This document shows positions 35,901 through 37,748 of a stretch of 37,748 nucleotides of DNA, in pieces. Every line of letters begins with the position of its first letter. Within the stretch, counting starts at the first letter, position 1. This DNA is from Catajapyx aquilonaris (taxonomy: Eukaryota), in assembly GCA_000934665.2 (NCBI GenBank), contig JYFJ02003773.1:1-37748 (forward strand), written 5' to 3'. The translations under genes were made by a program, and so were the position numbers. The notes under the pieces are model-generated. The model was not told the DNA's origin. It ran no database searches and worked only from the letters and a program-made list of their open reading frames with translations.

Positions 35901-36588
35901 ACATGCCTGTGCAAATTCCATAAGGTGGAAATGAGAGGATTACCAAGCATAAGGAGGTTAAATTCTCAGTTGTCAATCTATGTGGTGCAACCTGGTTTAA
36001 GTATCTCAATTACACCTTGCAGTGGTGTCTTCGTGACACTTGCAGGGAAAAAATATGTAACAGCCCCTTTTGCCAAACAGTGGCCCAATATGTTATGTGA
36101 TCATTTGTAGGCATTATCAGTGGCCAAAATATTGTCTCCATACCAGAGAAAATCATGTCCGGATGCTCGTGATGTAACTATTTAATTAGAATCATTGTCA
36201 TCATGGCCAATTATTTTCATTGTTGCAATTCATCCTCTAACAAAGCATTGCTATTTCTAGGCACAAAGTGGAAAATGCCAACAGATACAATGGTGAATTT
36301 GGTAGTGCAATTGAAATTCCCCTGGGAGGCAGCGGAAAGCTGTATGGAATAGCCTCTGTACCAGACCAATGTCCAAGAGGTAAGAGCCATGTCACTGCAT
36401 GTATCCTAGTCATGGTGTCAATTTCCATGTTTCTTTTTGTAGTGTACAACCCATGCCAATATGAGAACGGCCAGTGCCAACCAGGACAAATGTGCCTACC
36501 AAATGGAAATGGAGGGAGGAGCTGTGTGTGTCCTGACATGATTGGCGACCCTTCCAAGCCAAGAACTGATTGTAATGACATCATCTAA
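17728..36588 (+). CDS. Ndg: Nidogen/entactin (basement membrane glycoprotein), full spliced gene, about 1426 aa
   Basis: join(17728..17946,19230..19366,20843..21193,21258..21355,21698..22105,22503..22703,22873..23367,25198..25329,26089..26220,28120..28371,28444..28572,29681..29935,30307..30435,30723..30949,31721..32117,33756..34100,34864..34972,36261..36379,36443..36588) = 4281 nt, in frame, GT-AG introns. Signal peptide; NIDO (VNTNGLLSF, ISPFYTDVDTRGSG, ATWDKVGYY, NTFQV); EGF; G2F (PQRLTGK, DGRAYTAIS, GWLFA, NGFQLTGG); EGF rod; YWTD repeats (MYWSD, IFWTD, LFWTD, LCWAD, FYWTD); terminal EGF. Confidence 0.96.
19230..19366 (+). CDS. Ndg: Nidogen exon 2
   Basis: tttcag|GTGAAC...TACAG|gtactg; VNTNGLLSFLTEIP. 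Confidence 0.94.
19485..19592 (+). mobile_element. SINE fragment with partial V-domain-like core
   Basis: B box-like GTTCGACCCC followed by ACTCCCGTTTCCTCCAACAG, shared with the 23545 and 31141 copies. Confidence 0.55.
19747..20187. mobile_element. Tc1/mariner-like MITE
   Basis: TA|CAGGGTTCGGAAATTTAATCTACCTTCGCTTT...AAAGCGAAGGTAGATTAAATTTCCGAACCCTG|TA; TIRs about 110 bp. Confidence 0.9.
20270..20606. mobile_element. Palindromic element with internal (CCTAA)n
   Basis: Perfect 20-bp inverted repeat CCTTACTGGCGTGCGGGAGG (20343-20362 / 20546-20565); outer CTGCAAAAT/ATTTTGCAG; AACCT repeats at 20452-20476. Confidence 0.7.
20843..21193 (+). CDS. Ndg: Nidogen exon 3 (NIDO domain)
   Basis: tttcag|AGAAAC...CAAAC|gtgagt; FIATWDKVGYY...NTFQV...ARAQAGF. 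Confidence 0.95.
21258..21355 (+). CDS. Ndg: Nidogen exon 4 (not in ORF track)
   Basis: tttcag|GTTGTC...TGCAG|gtgagt; SNAGEPGTWIFHIG (end of NIDO). Confidence 0.93.
21698..22105 (+). CDS. Ndg: Nidogen exon 5 (EGF + start of G2F)
   Basis: tactag|GTGAGG...ACTG|gtaaga; CCKCASGFYGNGRNC...PQRLTGK. Confidence 0.94.
22503..22703 (+). CDS. Ndg: Nidogen exon 6 (G2F)
   Basis: ttgcag|GAGGTG...CCTG|gtaaaa; GVFNHTAEVDF...DYEEQY. Confidence 0.94.
22873..23367 (+). CDS. Ndg: Nidogen exon 7 (end of G2F, EGF, calcium-binding EGF)
   Basis: ttccag|GTATGA...ACCC|gtaagt; CVDVNECDSGLHHCHPDAQCINQPGGFGCRC. Confidence 0.95.
23545..23698 (-). mobile_element. tRNA-derived SINE with V-domain-like core
   Basis: Minus strand: A box-like TGGCAAAGTGG, degenerate B box, then GGGTTTTCTCTGGGTTTTCCCTTTTCTTCCCA. 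Confidence 0.65.
24008..24335 (-). mobile_element. tRNA-derived SINE, near full length
   Basis: Minus strand: A box TGGCCGAGATGG, B box GGTTCGATCCC, body homologous to 6031-6264, 3' end ATGGTGGTGT...ATCACGGGGTA shared with the 27490 copy. Confidence 0.88.
25198..25329 (+). CDS. Ndg: Nidogen exon 8 (divergent EGF; not in ORF track)
   Basis: atacag|GCCAAC...ACGT|gtatgt; QRSCDTIQCPAYAECQEQPEPHCVCVYGFRFEGGQCTP; 6 Cys, phase 1-1. Confidence 0.82.
26089..26220 (+). CDS. Ndg: Nidogen exon 9 (EGF; not in ORF track)
   Basis: acacag|CTTCAG...TCAG|gtgagt; DCRTVNYCDAFATCVF...YVCQCRPGYSGDGIIC. Confidence 0.92.
27490..27830 (+). mobile_element. 5'-truncated SINE with A-rich tail
   Basis: TAGGCCACAGCAGCTTCCTTCC core as in the 5349 copy, GGGACTGCACAC...GACATTGCAC block, ATCACGGGGTA end, (TAAAA)n tail at 27793-27830. 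Confidence 0.82.
28120..28371 (+). CDS. Ndg: Nidogen exon 10 (EGF + 4-Cys module)
   Basis: gggcag|ACACGT...CAAG|gtattg; TCDVAENCSPQGAC...CVCLPGYAGDGYTC. Confidence 0.92.
28444..28572 (+). CDS. Ndg: Nidogen exon 11 (4-Cys module)
   Basis: atgcag|CATATC...GAGA|gtatgg; PVCYEGICTCPFGYEFEEFSSRC. Confidence 0.8.
29069..29595. mobile_element. Degenerate foldback MITE
   Basis: GGTAGAGAAGTAAC..CTGAATAAT(AAT)GAATAAC pairs with GTTATTCATTATTCAG..GTTACTTGTCTACC; inner arms at about 29270-29315 and 29350-29393. Confidence 0.65.
29681..29935 (+). CDS. Ndg: Nidogen exon 12 (two EGF)
   Basis: ttctag|TTTCAT...GCAG|gtactg; SCNVVNNCHPHARC...CNTGYRGDGSFC. Confidence 0.94.
30307..30435 (+). CDS. Ndg: Nidogen exon 13 (EGF; frame not in ORF track)
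   Basis: ccacag|ATGAAT...TCAG|gtaaaa; ECSGPQDCHPDGQC...CRCNEGFTGDGTSC. Confidence 0.93.
30723..30949 (+). CDS. Ndg: Nidogen exon 14 (EGFs)
   Basis: ctacag|ATGCAG...AGAGAG|gtaata; an alternative in-frame acceptor lies 6 nt downstream. Confidence 0.92.
31141..31295 (-). mobile_element. tRNA-derived SINE with V-domain-like core
   Basis: Minus strand: GAGTTCAATCCC B box, then TGTGGATAGAGTTT..TTCTCTCCATGTTTGAGTGGGTTTTCTCAGGGCTCTCCCGTTTCCTCCCACA. Confidence 0.75.
31721..32117 (+). CDS. Ndg: Nidogen exon 15 (EGF + start of G3 propeller)
   Basis: catcag|GGTTTT...AATG|gtaagt; AIGVDVDCQEGKMYWSD. Confidence 0.95.
32346..33201. mobile_element. TTAA-flanked foldback element with internal insertion
   Basis: TTAA on both flanks; CCAGCTAGG..AAAACGCCT.GATTTTAGCTTACG mirrored at 33155-33190; long inverted arms at about 32475-32613 and 33000-33140. 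Confidence 0.8.
32614..32642. repeat. (CAA)n microsatellite
   Basis: About 9 tandem CAA units; a poly-C run lies at 32746-32760. Confidence 0.9.
33756..34100 (+). CDS. Ndg: Nidogen exon 16 (YWTD repeats)
   Basis: cctcag|ACATTG...ATTG|gtaaga; SPEGLTIDW...FWTD...[21 protein letters not shown]. Confidence 0.96.
34449..34552. mobile_element. 104-bp Tc1-like MITE
   Basis: Perfect 26-bp TIR CAGTGTTGGACATAAATCGAGGCATA with TA on both flanks. Confidence 0.88.
34864..34972 (+). CDS. Ndg: Nidogen exon 17 (frame not in ORF track)
   Basis: caacag|AATGTG...GAAAC|gtgagt; CVTMDGQNRRV...YPFGITIHNSIFYWTDWE. Confidence 0.94.
36261..36379 (+). CDS. Ndg: Nidogen exon 18
   Basis: ttctag|GCACAA...AGAG|gtaaga; GGSGKLYGIASVPDQCP. 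Confidence 0.92.
36443..36588 (+). CDS. Ndg: Nidogen exon 19 (terminal EGF, stop)
   Basis: ttgtag|TGTACA...TAA; NPCQYENGQC...CLPNGNGGRSCVCPD. Confidence 0.92.
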
Positions 36589-36838
36589 GGAAACATACTT
36601 TTATACCATTGTTTTTAATATATTATGTTTGTCCCTCCCAACATCTCCTCCATCCTTTATCCCAGGATTTAGAATCTAGCGTGTACATGGTTTCCTTTTT
36701 GTTTGGTGGGTTTTTCTTAACCACCCATCAGCTCAAGTCACTGCCATCTGGTTTGCTGGAAGCTGGCCTCATTTTTCACAGGCAGAGCAAAAATACAACA
36801 AGAAAGATTATCTTCTTTTATTATGTCACAACATTCAT

Positions 36839-36849
36839 AATAAAATAAA
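36839..36849 (+). terminator. Candidate nidogen polyadenylation signal (overlapping AATAAA hexamers)
   Basis: AATAAAATAAA about 250 nt after the stop codon. Confidence 0.55.
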
Positions 36850-37091
36850 CATAACTTGGATTATAAACAGCTCCCATTTTCTTTGACATGACTTGAAACT
36901 CAGGTAAATCATGTGATGTGATTGGTCCATATGATTGTTAAAACGTGTTTCATAAAAGGCACTAAGTGTCTGGATTTTCCGTTCATAGGCAGTGGTACAA
37001 ATGCTGCGCCTAGGACACCATCAGCCTAAATAACTAAGCCTGTAATAAGCCGATAATACTGAAGCTGTAGTGGTGGAGTGGATATGGTTAA

Positions 37092-37748
37092 CCCTTTGAT
37101 GACGGAGTTTTTGAAGGCTTGCATTACCCCAGGGCCTGAGTTTTTTTCCCCCCTTTTCCGGAAATTTTATGACCTCGCCGATTTTCTTCAAATTCGGTGC
37201 ATTGGTAGCCCACACCAAGGGATGAAAAACGCACCTATAGTTATCTGATAAAAATGACCTCGTGACCCAATTTTGAGGGGGGCAGAGGTCAAATCATAAA
37301 ATTTCGACCTCACTTATTTTCTTGAAATTCGGTGCATTGGTAGCCCACACCAAGGGATGAAAACCGCACCTATAGTTACCTGATCTAAATGACCTCGTGA
37401 CCTAATTCTGAGGAGGGCAGAGGTCAAATTCCAACCTCACCGATTTTCTTGAAATTCGGGGGTTACACACTTACATTTTTTGCGTACACGTGCTACCCGC
37501 CTTAGTGAATCCCAAGGGAGACTTTGCAAGTGCCAGTCACAAATTTTCCTGAAATTCGGCGCATTGACATATGTCCCCTCCAATATGGGTCACAGGGTCA
37601 TGTCGAGCAGGGAACTATAGGTGGGTTTGTCATCCCTTGGTGTGGGCTACTAATGCACCGAATTTGAAGAAAATCGGCGAGGTCGGAATTTTATGATTTG
37701 ACCTCTGTCCCCCTCAAGATTGGGTCACAGGGTCATTTTGATCAGGTC
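37092..37748. mobile_element. TTAA-flanked piggyBac-like element, copy 2 (runs off the window)
   Basis: TTAA|CCCTTTGATGACGGAGTTTTTGA..., near-identical to 12044 onward; extra internal subrepeat; no hAT insert in the visible part. Confidence 0.88.

Noticed and set aside
33710..36588. Separate LDL-receptor/LRP gene
   Set aside because: The YWTD exons splice in frame with the NIDO/G2F/EGF exons and there are no LDLa repeats; this is the nidogen G3 domain.
1846..36588. MTR and nidogen as a functional gene cluster
   Set aside because: No known pathway link; adjacency alone is not evidence without conserved synteny data.

Overview
Eukaryotic (animal) genomic DNA, probably arthropod and possibly an insect; the taxon is inferred from the nidogen architecture and the repeat types. 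Two complete, intron-rich genes lie in tandem on the + strand. (1) Cobalamin-dependent methionine synthase (MTR/metH): 14 coding exons at 1846-15127, about 1254 aa when spliced by hand. (2) Nidogen/entactin: 19 coding exons at 17728-36588, about 1426 aa, with signal peptide, NIDO, EGF, G2F, a long EGF rod, a YWTD propeller and a C-terminal EGF. All inferred introns are GT-AG with compatible phases. The introns hold many short non-autonomous mobile elements: TA-flanked Tc1/mariner-like MITEs, TTAA-flanked piggyBac-like elements, hAT-like MITEs (one nested with an 8-bp TSD), a Sola-like MITE and several tRNA-derived SINEs. Most other ORFs in the track are intron read-through, antisense shadows or repeat-derived. 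I found no convincing new multi-gene system. The best leads are an intact B12-dependent MTR in an apparent arthropod, a frame-preserving final nidogen intron encoding a hydrophobic stretch, modular SINEs, paired DR1 sites upstream of nidogen and over-represented TA-NNNN-TA palindromes. Coordinates were read by eye, so repeat boundaries may be off by a few bases.
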